Positions 39,182 to 50,052 of a stretch of 64,000 nucleotides of DNA are shown piece by piece. The notes under the pieces are model-generated. The model ran no database searches. It saw nothing but the letters and a program-made list of their open reading frames with translations, and was not told where the DNA came from. The stretch's first letter is position 1. The number at the start of each line of letters is the position of its first letter. This stretch comes from an uncultured Chloroflexia bacterium (GTDB lineage: Bacteria; Chloroflexota; Anaerolineae; Anaerolineales; UBA11579): NCBI GenBank assembly GCA_963797275.1, contig CAWCOT010000005.1, positions 3,668-67,667 of the forward strand, given 5' to 3'. Both the position numbers and the translations under genes were made by a program.

Positions 39182-40501
39182 TTAGCCGCCTCCGGCTACC
39201 TGCAGGTCCGCAAAGCGCACCGCTACCGGGCCGCGGTAACGGCCGAAGCTGGCTGTTTCCCGGCTCCAGCGGCAGTTCGCCAGCCCGCTGAGCACGTTGC
39301 CGATCAGCTGCCCGCCTTTGAACGGCGTGGCTTTGCCATCCTTCACCAGATAACCTAGACGTATCTCGGTGGCAAAATCCCCGCTGACGATATCCGGGTT
39401 GAACCACGAGAACATGCACACCTCGACGTACGGCTCTTGCAGTAGATCCGCGGTGGGCGTCTTTCCGGCTGGCACTTCCAACTGGCCGTAATCGCCGGTG
39501 GCTGGCACTTTGAGGTAGTCCGCGTACCGTTGCGACGCCTGAAAGGCGACCAGCTTGTTGACGCGGATAAGCTCCACGCGCTGGGCCGGCACGCCTTCTG
39601 CATCGAAACGGTTGGATGCCACGCCGTAAGCGGTGGTGCGGTCCGCGCATAAGCTGAACGGGTCGCCCTTTACTTCATCGCGGAAGACGGACTTGCCGAC
39701 CTCCCAGGTAGAAATCTTGGAATATTTGGAAGCCGCCGAACCCAGCACGCGAAATGGGCTGGGGGAAAGGTCTTCGGCCACTATAAAATCGTTCAGTACG
39801 TCCCGGCGCAGCACCACAGGCCCCTGCCATTTGGGCGGGGCCTCGCTTACCAGCAGGTCTCTGGTGTAGCGCGCCCGCTCTTCCAGCATTTCATCCAGAT
39901 GCAGGTCCCCGATGCGTCGGCTGTCGGCCTCTTTGAACATCTCGGAATTGCGTTCGCCCTTGTGGCCTTGCAACACGAACTCCACGTGGATGCGTGTTTC
40001 TTCCTGCTGGGCGTCGATGCCGCGGCTGTTGACCAGTCGCGTTTCCACGTAATCGCCGAATACTTCCGCAGAGGTCATCTCTACGCCCTTCTGTTGGCTG
40101 GCTGCCGCCCGCAGCGCCGCGTCGATGGAATCGACCGCCGCCGAGCAATCCTTCTTGATCTCCGCGTCCACCAGCGGTACATCGGGGAAATTTGCTGGCC
40201 CCGGCAGGCTGTAGGGCGGGTTGGTCACTGCCGCCGCCACGGCCGCCGCAGTGTCGATGGCCGCCTGGATGTCGCCGCCCGGCAGCAGTGTGCTGTCGCC
40301 GTCCCCCATAGCGGCCGAGCCGTCTGCCGCCTGGGTGTTGCATACCACGCTGATCTTGTATTGCTCGTTAACCACAGCCCGTCGCGCCTCGACGCCTTTG
40401 GGCACTGCGTATACCTGGGCGCCGCGGTCTACAATGTGCTGCACGGTCCAGCCGGCCAGCTCTTTGCGTTTGTTCAGGGATTTTACGATGTCGTCTATCA
40501 T
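39182..40501 (-). CDS. PmbA/TldE family protein
   Basis: FDAEGVP, SGDFA; no HExxxH; immediately downstream of tldD. Confidence 0.85.
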   Translation of the reverse strand: MIDDIVKSLNKRKELAGWTVQHIVDRGAQVYAVPKGVEARRAVVNEQYKISVVCNTQAADGSAAMGDGDSTLLPGGDIQAAIDTAAAVAAAVTNPPYSLPGPANFPDVPLVDAEIKKDCSAAVDSIDAALRAAASQQKGVEMTSAEVFGDYVETRLVNSRGIDAQQEETRIHVEFVLQGHKGERNSEMFKEADSRRIGDLHLDEMLEERARYTRDLLVSEAPPKWQGPVVLRRDVLNDFIVAEDLSPSPFRVLGSAASKYSKISTWEVGKSVFRDEVKGDPFSLCADRTTAYGVASNRFDAEGVPAQRVELIRVNKLVAFQASQRYADYLKVPATGDYGQLEVPAGKTPTADLLQEPYVEVCMFSWFNPDIVSGDFATEIRLGYLVKDGKATPFKGGQLIGNVLSGLANCRWSRETASFGRYRGPVAVRFADLQVAGGG

Positions 40502-40504
40502 GGC

Positions 40505-41902
40505 TTATCCTAAGGGGGCTCGTAATAGCAGGGCGGGGCCGCCGGAACACACCGGGATGAGTTCCTTGTTGCCTTTTCCGCATACACCTGCGGCGAAAAT
40601 GACTTCCTTGCTGACCGCGCTGACGCTCTTCAGCACCTCGGGCACGTAGCCCGAGATCACCACTGGGGCGAACACCTTTCCGCTAAGTTTGCCGCCTTTG
40701 ATCTCATGTCCGTAGTGGCAGGTCACCTGGATACCCCAGCCCTGCGGGTCCTCCATGCCGGATGACCACTGGTCCAGAGTCACCCCGTAATCTACCTGGG
40801 CGATCATGTCCTCCACAGTCGAGTCGCCTGCTGTGAAAAATGTATTGCTCATGCGCGCGTAGGCTTTACGGCTGAAGTCTTGCCTGCGCCCGTTGGCCGA
40901 ACGCGGGATGCCCAGCACAGAGGCTGAGTACATGTCGCTGATACCGCGTTGGAAGATGCCCTTGTCCACGATCATGGTGGTGTCGCTCAACTGGCCTTCG
41001 TCGTCGAAGAAGTAGGAGCCGTATGCCCCCGGCACACTGGGGTCCTCGGCGATGCCCACTAGTTCGGAGCCGACTTGTTTGCCCACAAAGTGGGCCGCTT
41101 TGGCCCGCTCTTTCACGAACATGTCGGTTTCCACGCCGTGCCCAAAGGATTCGTGGGCGATGGTGCCCGTCACTCCCGGAAAGGAGATGGCTGTATATTC
41201 GCCCGGTTCGATGCGTTCCGCAGTGAGCAAATCCACTGCCGTCTTTACACCCTCCTGGATTTCCGCGTCATCAAACGAAAGCAATTCCCAACCGCCGGTG
41301 CCGGACTTGGCGATCCAGTTGTAGCGCACCTGGCCATCCGAACCCGCCACGAAAATGACCGCCATCAGGCGCATGCGTTGCACTCGCTGCGCCATATCGG
41401 CTTTCTCATTGGTGAACACTGAATATTCGTTGGTGTCGATGTAAATAGCCCGGGCGTTGACAATGCGCTCGTCGGACTTTTTAACTTTGTCCTGAAAAGC
41501 ACGCACCCGGTCCAGTTTGTCTTGGATGGAAAGGTCCAGTGGGTCTATTTCCATGGAGGTGATGAAATCCCCGCGGTGGTCTGGCACCTCTTTCGGCTTG
41601 AAGCTTTGGTCGAACTCTGCCGAGCCAAGTAATTCCTTGGCCGCCTTTTGCACTTCGGGCAGCGCAAAGCCGCTCACCGCTTTTTCGTAGACCGTCTTGC
41701 CGTCAAAACCTGTGAGCACAGTTCCCGCCGATGGCAGTTGCTCGGCGATGCGCTGCTCGTTGTTGTCCACCTGGATGCGCAGACCTGTCTTGGCCGAAAG
41801 GAGCGCCGCAAAGTATGGGGCTTTGGATTTACCTTCGCTGATTATGCCGGCCAGGTGTGGACGCAGATCCGCCATCTCCGCCGGCAGCTTGAGTTTGCTC
41901 AT
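40505..41902 (-). CDS. tldD: TldD family metalloprotease
   Basis: AHESFGHGVETD, FDDEG, NGRRQ...RMSNT, CGK...V..GGP. Confidence 0.9.
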   Translation of the reverse strand: MSKLKLPAEMADLRPHLAGIISEGKSKAPYFAALLSAKTGLRIQVDNNEQRIAEQLPSAGTVLTGFDGKTVYEKAVSGFALPEVQKAAKELLGSAEFDQSFKPKEVPDHRGDFITSMEIDPLDLSIQDKLDRVRAFQDKVKKSDERIVNARAIYIDTNEYSVFTNEKADMAQRVQRMRLMAVIFVAGSDGQVRYNWIAKSGTGGWELLSFDDAEIQEGVKTAVDLLTAERIEPGEYTAISFPGVTGTIAHESFGHGVETDMFVKERAKAAHFVGKQVGSELVGIAEDPSVPGAYGSYFFDDEGQLSDTTMIVDKGIFQRGISDMYSASVLGIPRSANGRRQDFSRKAYARMSNTFFTAGDSTVEDMIAQVDYGVTLDQWSSGMEDPQGWGIQVTCHYGHEIKGGKLSGKVFAPVVISGYVPEVLKSVSAVSKEVIFAAGVCGKGNKELIPVCSGGPALLLRAPLG

Positions 41903-42060
41903 GGCTGCTCCCGTTTAGTTTGGATTTCACAATGGATAAACCATTGTAAATCACTTCAGGTTCATTGATTGTTGTTAACTCCGGGTGGGCAGGTAATGCT
42001 TGAGAGCAAACAGGTGATTTATAATCAAATTCTTCCTACCCTAATGTGATTGGAGGTCAA

Positions 42061-43274
42061 ATGTTTGATACTGGAAATACTGGTTTTATGTTAGTCGCCA
42101 CCAGCCTGGTTATGCTGATGACCCCGGGGTTGGCATTCTTCTATGGGGGATTGGTGGGGCGTAAAAATGTTTTGGCCATCATGATTTAGAGCTTCGTGTC
42201 AATGGGCTGGACCACCCTGCTCTGGTGGGCAGTGGGCTATTCGTTGGTATTTAGCGGCGGAGCAGGTGGGCTTATTGGTAACCTTGACCATGCGTTTCTA
42301 AGCGGCATTTCTCCAATGGATGCCCTTTCGGTCAATAACAATATCCCCACTTTTGTTTTCGTCGCTTATCAAATGATGTTTGCAGTTATTACCCCGGCCT
42401 TGATCACGGGCGCGTTCGCCAATCGCATTCGTTTTGCCCCGTACCTGGCCTTCCTTACAGTGTGGCTTTTGTTTGTTTATTTCCCTGTCGCCCATATGGT
42501 TTGGGGTGGTGGGCTATTTGCTTCCTGGGGAGTTCTTGATTTTGCGGGTGGAACCGCGGTGCACACCACGGCTGGGTTTGCGGCCCTGGCCTCAGTAATA
42601 TTTGTCGGCCGCCGCAAAGTCAAGGATCGCGGTCCGCACAGCATTCCTTTGGTAGCCCTAGGTACCGCCCTGTTGTGGTTCGGGTGGTACGGTTTCAACG
42701 CTGGCTCGGAATTGCGCGTCGACCAGGTCACAGTCACGGCCTTCTTAACACAGACATCGCCGCCTCTCTCGCTGGACTCACCTGGCTGGCCATCGTGTGG
42801 ATCGTTGACAAGAAGCCCAAATTCATTGGCTTGCTGACCGGAGCAGTCGCGGGTTTGGTAGCCATCACACCCGCCGCGGGCTATGTAAGCATTAGCGGCG
42901 CCATTATTATTGGTATTTTGGCAGGTGTTGTTTGCTTCTTGGCTGTAACCCTGAAGAATCGTTTGAAACTTGACGACGCGCTGGATGTATGGGGCGTGCA
43001 TGGGGTTGGTGGAGTTCTGGGTTGCATTGCCACCGGGCTATTTGCCACAACTGTTTGGAACCCAGCTGGGGCAAACGGCTTGTTGGCTGGGGGCACAACC
43101 TTCTTCCTGTACGAAACGCTTAGTGTCCTTCTCACCGCCGCTTATGCTTTTGGTTTCAGCTACCTTGCCCTTTGGCTAATAGATAAAGTTGTAAAGGTTA
43201 AAGTTACCAAAGAGGAAGAACAGGAAGGCTTGGATGAAGCCATCCATGGCGAAACCGCCTACGAAGCCATCTAA
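42061..43274 (+). pseudogene. amtB: Ammonium transporter with in-frame TAG (42187) and frameshift (~42748); pseudogene or sequencing errors
   Basis: LMTPGLAFFYGGLVGRKN, YQMMFAVITPALITGA, DFAGGTAVH, WFGWYGFN, DDALDVWGVHG; RBS GGAGG. Confidence 0.7.
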
Positions 43275-43293
43275 GCGGAACAACTAAACTAAC

Positions 43294-43325
43294 AAAAAGA
43301 GCGCAGCGAGGGCGCTCTTTTTTTG
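43294..43325 (+). terminator. Intrinsic terminator
   Basis: AAAAAGAGCGC-N7-GCGCTCTTTTT. Confidence 0.8.
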
Positions 43326-43416
43326 CATTGATGCACATTGTGTCGCATTATTGCTTGACGCTGATTCTTCGATATGCTACTATCGCGGCAGACCTCGAAT
43401 AGATGTTCTGCATCCC

Positions 43417-44046
43417 ATGTCCAACCAGAAATTCCTCTACCTGATCCTTGCCGGATTATTCCTTGCGGCTTGTACACGCTCGGCCACCAACGCCTCGGTA
43501 CCGACGCCTACCCAGGATGCGTTGAGCTCTGTTTTTAGCACCATCGCCACTCAAACTGCCCTGGCGGGCAGTGACAAGAACCCAGAGATAACTGTCTCGC
43601 CCAGCCCCACAGCGCTCTTCGGCGCCACCGCCACCCTGGCCAGTTCGCCCACTCCCGAGCCGACTGCTACCACTACGGCCGCGCCTATCACCGAACATGC
43701 CGTACCCAGCAGCTATACGCTGCATTTGGGCGAATGGCCCTATTGTCTGGCGCGCCGCTTCGATATCGACCCCGCCGCAATTCTGACCGCCAACGGCCTT
43801 AGCGAAAGCCAGGCGGGAGAGCTGAGCGTGGGAACCACCCTTACCATCCCAGTGGATCAGGTGGGCACGTTTGGCTCCGGCCGCTCCCTGCGTAGCCATC
43901 CCACCACTTACCCTGCCGGCAGCACCGATACCTTCTACAGCATCGCCTGTGCATTTGGCGATGTCTGGCCCGAAAATATTGCCGAGGCGAACAGCATGCA
44001 GTTGGATGATCAGTTGCAGGCCGGCATGATGCTCCACATCCCTTAA
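43417..44046 (+). CDS. LysM-domain lipoprotein (two LysM-like domains)
   Basis: Lipobox LAAC; YTLHLGE...LARRF...ANGL; DTFYSIA...IAEAN...LHIP. Confidence 0.85.
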   Translation: MSNQKFLYLILAGLFLAACTRSATNASVPTPTQDALSSVFSTIATQTALAGSDKNPEITVSPSPTALFGATATLASSPTPEPTATTTAAPITEHAVPSSYTLHLGEWPYCLARRFDIDPAAILTANGLSESQAGELSVGTTLTIPVDQVGTFGSGRSLRSHPTTYPAGSTDTFYSIACAFGDVWPENIAEANSMQLDDQLQAGMMLHIP

Positions 44047-44112
44047 ACCGGTGGCCATTGCGGGGGGCCGGGTCTCAGCCAGAATGACGAATGAACCTCC
44101 CGCTTAATTCCA

Positions 44113-44649
44113 ATGCCCTTCAAAACTCTTAACAGCCAAATCGCTTATCGCGCCCGCGTGTTCGATGTGCATCGCGATGAGGTGCAATACCCCAATGGGC
44201 ACATTGCCACCTACGAGATTGTGGTGCATAACGGGGCCGTGGCCATGGTGCCTGTCGATGCCGACGGCAACATCATTTTTGTGCGCCAGTATCGCCACGC
44301 CACGGGTAGAAGCATCCTTGAAATTCCGGCGGGCACCCTTGAAAAGGGTGAGCAGCCCGAAGCCTGCGCTCAACGCGAACTTCGCGAGGAGATTGGTATG
44401 GCCCCTGGACGCCTTACCAAGCTGGCCGAATTCTTTTTGGCTCCCGGCTACTCCACTGAGCGTATGCACGTATTTATGGCGCAGGGCTTAAGCCCTGAGA
44501 AACTGCCCGGCGATGAAGATGAAGACCTGCAGATCGAGAAATTGTCTCTGGACGAAGCCTTTGCTGCCGCGCGTAAAGGCGCTATTGAAGAGGCCAAGAC
44601 CATGTTGGCCCTCTATCTGGCCAAAGACTTCCTTGAGAAAACAGGGTAA
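44113..44649 (+). CDS. NUDIX hydrolase (ADP-ribose pyrophosphatase-like)
   Basis: RQYR, EIPAG...E...AQRELREEIG, APG. Confidence 0.92.
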   Translation: MPFKTLNSQIAYRARVFDVHRDEVQYPNGHIATYEIVVHNGAVAMVPVDADGNIIFVRQYRHATGRSILEIPAGTLEKGEQPEACAQRELREEIGMAPGRLTKLAEFFLAPGYSTERMHVFMAQGLSPEKLPGDEDEDLQIEKLSLDEAFAAARKGAIEEAKTMLALYLAKDFLEKTG

Positions 44650-44824
44650 CATCTTCTTGTCTGTAATCGTTTTTTCCGCTATAATCTATTTTGAATTCCC
44701 CGGACTTTTGCCATAATTAAGTAGACCAAAGTAGCGTCTTACACGCGGAACAAACCTGCCTAGGGAGTCGGCGACGGGCACGCACGTTTTCTATCACCCA
44801 TCATTCTAAGAAGAGAAAAATTCC

Positions 44825-46100
44825 ATGGACCTAACCCTTGAACAGAATACTCTGGCTGACCTGCGTAAACAGGCCAAAGAACTTGGCGTAGATCGGCCCG
44901 CCCGCCTTAAGAAAGAGGACTTGCTTGTCCAAATTCGGCGTGCCGAAGCGGCCAAATCGGGCCGTGAGGTGCGCGGTGGCATCCTCGAGATCATGAACGA
45001 AGGCGTGGGCTTCCTGCGCTCCGATCATTACCAGGGCGGCCCCGACGACGTGTATGTTTCCCAGACCCAGGTGCGCCGCTATGGTTTGCGCAATGGCGAC
45101 CTGATCATCGGCGAGGCGCGGCCGCCCCGCGAATCGGAAAAACATTTCGGACTGGTCAAAGTTGAGTCCGTCAACGGCCTCGATCCCGAGGCTGCTCGCA
45201 CCCGTCCGCGCTTCGAAAGCCTCACACCCATATTCCCCGACCAGCGTTTTGATCTGGAGACGGATAAACGCGGCCTGGCCATGCGCATGATCAACCTCGT
45301 GGCCCCAGTGGGGCGCGGTCAGCGCGGTCTCATTGTTTCACCTCCCAAATCCGGCAAGACCACCATCCTCAAGGATATGGCCAATTCCATCTCCACAAAT
45401 TACAAAGACGTGCACCTGATGGTAGCTCTCATCGGTGAGCGCCCTGAGGAAGTGACCGACATGGACCGCTCGGTGGATGCTGAAGTAATTTCCTCCACCT
45501 TCGATGAACCCGTCACCTCGCATGTGCGCTGCTGCCGAAATGGTCATCGAGCGTGCCAAGCGTCTGGTGGAGGTTGGCCGCGACGTGGTCGTGCTGCTGG
45601 ACTCCATCACCCGTCTGGCTCGCGCCTATAACCTGGTGGTGACACCCTCGGGCCGCACACTGTCCGGTGGTATCGATCCCTCGGCTCTCTATCCCCCCAA
45701 GCGCTTCTTTGGTGCAGCCCGCAATATTGAAGAAGGCGGTTCGCTCACCATCATTGCCACTTGCCTGGTTGACACCGGCTCCCGCATGGATGATGTGGTT
45801 TACGAAGAGTTCAAAGGTACCGGCAACATGGAATTGCACCTCTCCCGCAAATTGCAGGAACGTCGTATCTTCCCTGCCATTGACATTGACCGCTCTTCGA
45901 CCCGTCGTGAGGAATTGCTCTTAGGCCCCGATATCACCCAGCACGTTTGGCTGATGCGCCGCATGTTCGGTACTATGGTCGGCGATCCCCCGCACGGCGC
46001 CGGTATGGACATGGGTACCGCCGTGGAGGCGATGCTGCAGCGCATGGCCAAGACCGACAGCAACCAGGAATTTTTGGAAGGCCTCAAAGACGAAGGATAA
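44825..46100 (+). CDS. rho: Transcription termination factor Rho (frameshift near 45530)
   Basis: [58 protein letters not shown]. Confidence 0.96.
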
Positions 46101-46117
46101 ATTCGTCTAGGTCACAC

Positions 46118-47110
46118 ATGCAACCGGTGGCTTGGTCAAAGCAGGCTGGGCGGATTTCCGCCAGCCTGCTTTTTGCCTTACTGGCAGGCTGCGCTCCGGC
46201 GGCTCAGCCCACGGTCACCCAGGCGGCTGCCACCCAGGCTGCGCCACTCCCCACTCCCACGCTGGTCCCCCCAACCGCCGCTCCAACTGTGGAGATTTTC
46301 GCCGTCCCCCACGACTACATTGTCCAGACGGGGGATACGGTCAGCAGCATTGCGGCTCAGTTTGGCCTTCAGCCCGAAACGGTGCTGTGGGCTAACTTCG
46401 CTCAGCTCCACGACAACCCGGATTTCCTGATGGAGGGCATGACTCTGCTTGTCCTGCCTGTGGACGGCGTCTATCACCAGGCCGGTGGCAGTGACACGGT
46501 GACCAATGTGGCTGCCATCTTCGGCGCGGATGTACAAGACATCATTGACTGGCCTGGCAACCATATTGACCCCAGGAATAACCTGATTTTTATCGGACAG
46601 TACCTAGTGGTGCCCGGCGGCAAGCAACCCTTGCGCCGCCGCATCCTGCGCAACTTGCCCGTAGAATCCATGGCCGTTTCCCCCGAAGAATATGGCAGCG
46701 GTGCCTGCCCTCAGAACGGTGTCCAGCAAATAACAGGCGACGGCGTCTACGCCTGGCCTGTAACCTCACACGAAGTCCAGGCCGAAGGCTACTGGAGCGC
46801 CCACCAGGCCGTGGATTTGGCCGTCGCCGATGGCGAAGCGGTGCTGGCCGCCGATGACGGCGTAGTGGTCTATTCGGGCTGGACCAACGAGAATTTCGGC
46901 TATGGCTACGTGATCATGCTTGATCACGGCGATGGCGACTTCACCCTTTATGGGGGCCTGGGTGACGTTACCGCCGTATGCGGTAGCGCCGTCCACCAGG
47001 GTGATCCCATCGGGGTGGGGGGCCTCATCGGTCACCCCGCCGGAGCTTTCCTGCACTTCGAGATCCGCCGCGGCGACGAATTCCTGAACCCCCTTGACCT
47101 GCTTAACTAG
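46118..47110 (+). CDS. LysM-LysM-M23 lipoprotein with degenerate active site
   Basis: Lipobox LAGC; YIVQTGDT; HQAVD, GYGYVIMLDH, LYGGL, FLHFEIR, NPL. Confidence 0.88.
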   Translation: MQPVAWSKQAGRISASLLFALLAGCAPAAQPTVTQAAATQAAPLPTPTLVPPTAAPTVEIFAVPHDYIVQTGDTVSSIAAQFGLQPETVLWANFAQLHDNPDFLMEGMTLLVLPVDGVYHQAGGSDTVTNVAAIFGADVQDIIDWPGNHIDPRNNLIFIGQYLVVPGGKQPLRRRILRNLPVESMAVSPEEYGSGACPQNGVQQITGDGVYAWPVTSHEVQAEGYWSAHQAVDLAVADGEAVLAADDGVVVYSGWTNENFGYGYVIMLDHGDGDFTLYGGLGDVTAVCGSAVHQGDPIGVGGLIGHPAGAFLHFEIRRGDEFLNPLDLLN

Positions 47111-48177
47111 GCAAAGCTCAACTTCAATTCCATTCCCTGAAAATCTGCGTACGCCTCCGCTGCCTGTAGCAGACCGTCTTTTTCCTTCGCGCTGACCGCC
47201 TCGAAGGGGGCTAGTTCCACATGAATGCTGCCTTTGGCAAAGGTGCGCCGCCAGGTGCCGCTGACCTCGCCGTTGCTGACAATCACATTCTGGAAGATTG
47301 CCTGGCTGCGCGTGTCTAATTGGGGGCGAAAGCGTTCATCGAAGAAATGGCTGCGGTCCGCATAGGCTACGGTGTATTCGTCGTAGTTGGGCAGCAGCCA
47401 GGTGCCGCCGGTTGCGGGTTGGGCGTCCCCCGCATACCAGTAGGCTGTGCCGTCAACATCTACTCGGCTAAACTCAGCGCCTAACAACCCCAGGGCTTTG
47501 CGCGTATCGGTCACGGATTGGCCCGACCACCAGGAGAAATCCTTCTCGCTGGCCGGTCCATGGCTGGTGAAATAGCGTCGAGTCAGCTCCAACAGCCCTT
47601 CCTTGCGGCTCAATTGGCGCTGCTTGGGAACGCGGTCCTCCACTAAGGCGTAGGTAAATTGCTTACCTTGCCGCGGCCCGCTGCACACCAAGCCCTGGGT
47701 TTCGGCGTGCAGCATGATGTAAGTGAATTGCTCGCCAACCTGTGGAAACCCTGCAGCCCTTAGAGTTGCTTTGATGGATGCTCTTTGGACGACCTGTCCA
47801 CTAAGCATCTTTGTCAGCAGCTCTTCGGCTTTGGCAAACCCCTTGGCATCCAATCCTGCGTTCTGATAAAAACGTTCCATGCCACGGCTCATGCGTTCCG
47901 CGCTGAGCCTCAGCATCCAGTAGACGTCCTCGGGAGCCACGAAGTGCCAGGTACCCCGCATCACGTGCAGCCGCAGGAACTCTCCGCGATTGAAGGCTTC
48001 CTCAACTCCGCTTTGAGTTGCGCTAGGCAGGCGCAGCCCCAAACCCCAGGCTGCTCCCAGGAAGTCCTGCGCCTGTACCGCTCCCAAATGCCGCGCCACG
48101 TCGCCTGCTTTTTTGAGAGGATGGTGGCTCACCAACTGGTTGCGCAGCCGCATATTCAGCAATTCGGCCTTGTTCAT
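47107..48177 (-). CDS. AlkZ/YcaQ-like winged-helix DNA glycosylase family (HTH_42)
   Basis: GAVQAQD, MRGTWHFV, RYFTSHGPA..DF.WWSG, LLPNYDEY. Confidence 0.88.
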   Translation of the reverse strand: MNKAELLNMRLRNQLVSHHPLKKAGDVARHLGAVQAQDFLGAAWGLGLRLPSATQSGVEEAFNRGEFLRLHVMRGTWHFVAPEDVYWMLRLSAERMSRGMERFYQNAGLDAKGFAKAEELLTKMLSGQVVQRASIKATLRAAGFPQVGEQFTYIMLHAETQGLVCSGPRQGKQFTYALVEDRVPKQRQLSRKEGLLELTRRYFTSHGPASEKDFSWWSGQSVTDTRKALGLLGAEFSRVDVDGTAYWYAGDAQPATGGTWLLPNYDEYTVAYADRSHFFDERFRPQLDTRSQAIFQNVIVSNGEVSGTWRRTFAKGSIHVELAPFEAVSAKEKDGLLQAAEAYADFQGMELKLSFA

Positions 48178-48237
48178 CGCTGCCCAGTATAGTCGCCGCC
48201 CGTCCGTGTTGGCCTAATCCTTGCACTAAACTTATAT

Positions 48238-49224
48238 ATGGGCGTTGTTATCCCTTCCATACCCTACAAATCGCAGTACGACCTGGACGCCAATGAGTTC
48301 CGCAATGATTGCGGCCCGGCTTGCCTGGCCATGCTGCTGCACGCCTTCGGCATCTACGCCTCAACCAACGCCGTGTATCGCAAGACCGGCGCGTCCCCGG
48401 ACCGCTACGTGACCGTACCCCAGCTCCTCCGCGCCGCAGAGAGCTACGGCGTGTCCTTCGAATACCTCTACGCCTGGACCATCCCTCGGCTCATCCAGAC
48501 CCTCGAGCAGGGCAAGGCCGTCATGGCCCTGGTGCATTATGGCGGCTGGTCGCAGATCAACCCCGGGGTTTCCACGCAGAACACCTTCCAAGGTCCCCAC
48601 TTCGTCGTGGTGGTGGGCGCCGATGAACAACACATTTACATCAACGACCCGCTGTGGAAAGACGCCCGCCGCAGCCAGGGCTACCACAGGGCCTGGACCC
48701 ACGCTGAATTCCACACTGCCTGGAGCAATAATCACCTGGATGGCAACCGCGATTGTTCCGGCATCGTCACCCAGAAGAGCTTGCCCACCGCCGCCATAGG
48801 CAGCGGTCCCTGGGCGCCCAGCATGCAGCTGGCCGCCGACGGCCCCACCATCCTGCGCCTGCGCGCCTGGGCTTATTTCAACAATGCGCCCCAGCCGGTG
48901 CTCAGCAACCCGGCCACAGTCAACGCCTACCTCACCGTCATGGGCGCATGGGGCGATTACTCCATTCGCCATACCGTCAGAGAGGATGATGACCTGCGCC
49001 AATTGGCGCTCCACTACTACGGCGACGCCGCCAAGTGGCGCGTCATCCTGGCCTTCAACGGCCTCAGTCCCGGCGACGCCATCGCCGAGGGCGATGTGTT
49101 GCGCATCCCCCAGCCCCTGGAAACCCCCGTGCCAATCTCGACCAACTCCCGCCCCAGCGGACGCACCCCGGCGTTGTTCACCCAGCTTAACAAGGACCGC
49201 CTGGCTGGGCTCTCCCAATCCTGA
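48238..49224 (+). CDS. C39-like cysteine peptidase with C-terminal LysM-like domain
   Basis: PYKSQ, NDCGPAC, HFVVVVG, INDP; DDLRQLALHYYGD...NGL...LRIP. Confidence 0.85.
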   Translation: MGVVIPSIPYKSQYDLDANEFRNDCGPACLAMLLHAFGIYASTNAVYRKTGASPDRYVTVPQLLRAAESYGVSFEYLYAWTIPRLIQTLEQGKAVMALVHYGGWSQINPGVSTQNTFQGPHFVVVVGADEQHIYINDPLWKDARRSQGYHRAWTHAEFHTAWSNNHLDGNRDCSGIVTQKSLPTAAIGSGPWAPSMQLAADGPTILRLRAWAYFNNAPQPVLSNPATVNAYLTVMGAWGDYSIRHTVREDDDLRQLALHYYGDAAKWRVILAFNGLSPGDAIAEGDVLRIPQPLETPVPISTNSRPSGRTPALFTQLNKDRLAGLSQS

Positions 49225-49317
49225 GCCCCCAAACAGGAACTTTCCATGCCATAATTCGTTATAGACATTGAGTTGGGCGCTAGCCTGACAACTGTTAAAT
49301 ATTTTATGGAGAAACAT

Positions 49318-50037
49318 ATGCTTAAGAAAATCGGTTTATTTGTAGCCCTCGTCTCCCTGCTGTTGGCAGGCTGTTCCGGAGCGGCACTGGCTTCTGGCAG
49401 CAGCTATGCGAACAGCGGCCTCACCGTCAGCGGCCACGCCGACGTGCGCCTGCAGCCGGATATCGCCTATATCACCATTGGCGTGCATAGCGAAGGCAGC
49501 GACATCGCCCAGGTGGTGAGCGCCAATGCCAGCCAGGTCGCTACGGTCATGCAGGCCCTCACCAGCGCCGGCGTCGCCCAGGCCGATATCCAAACCTCGA
49601 ACTTCAGCGTGTATACCGGGCAGAACTACGATCCCAGCACTGGCACGTCCTATGGCACCAACTACAGCGTGGACAACCAGGTCAACGTGACCGCCCGCGA
49701 CCTTAGCCAGTTGGGCGCCCTGCTGGATAGCGCCGTCAGCGCTGGCGCCAACAATATCTGGGGCGTCAGCTTCGACCTGGCCGACAAGTCGGACGCGCAG
49801 GCGCAGGCCCGCGACGAAGCCGTGCAAGAGGCCAAGGATGAGGCCACCGCCCTGGCCAGCACCGCCGGTGTTAGCTTGGGTGACATCGTGAGCGTGTCCT
49901 ACACGCCTAACACAAACTATTACAACCCCGGCTACGGTATGGGTGGGGGCGGCGGCGCCGAAGCCGCTACCACCAGCATCGTGCCCGGCCTGATCACTGT
50001 CAGCGCCGACGTGTCCCTAACCTACGCCATCAAGTAA
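49318..50037 (+). CDS. SIMPL/DUF541 domain lipoprotein
   Basis: Lipobox LAGC; TVSG...PDIAYITIGV, DIQT, AGANNI, A...A..AGVSLG. Confidence 0.9.
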   Translation: MLKKIGLFVALVSLLLAGCSGAALASGSSYANSGLTVSGHADVRLQPDIAYITIGVHSEGSDIAQVVSANASQVATVMQALTSAGVAQADIQTSNFSVYTGQNYDPSTGTSYGTNYSVDNQVNVTARDLSQLGALLDSAVSAGANNIWGVSFDLADKSDAQAQARDEAVQEAKDEATALASTAGVSLGDIVSVSYTPNTNYYNPGYGMGGGGGAEAATTSIVPGLITVSADVSLTYAIK

Positions 50038-50052
50038 TATCAAGCGCTCAAC

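Noticed and set aside
39182-41902. RiPP cluster around tldD/pmbA
   Set aside because: No precursor peptide or modifying enzymes adjacent.
42187-42189. TAG recoding (pyrrolysine or alternative code)
   Set aside because: TAG ends many genes normally here (e.g. 3439, 4331, 9502) and no pyl genes are visible.
45500-45560. Programmed frameshift in rho (and mvaA, rimO)
   Set aside because: No slippery heptamer seen, no precedent I know of, and the window-wide indel rate explains it.
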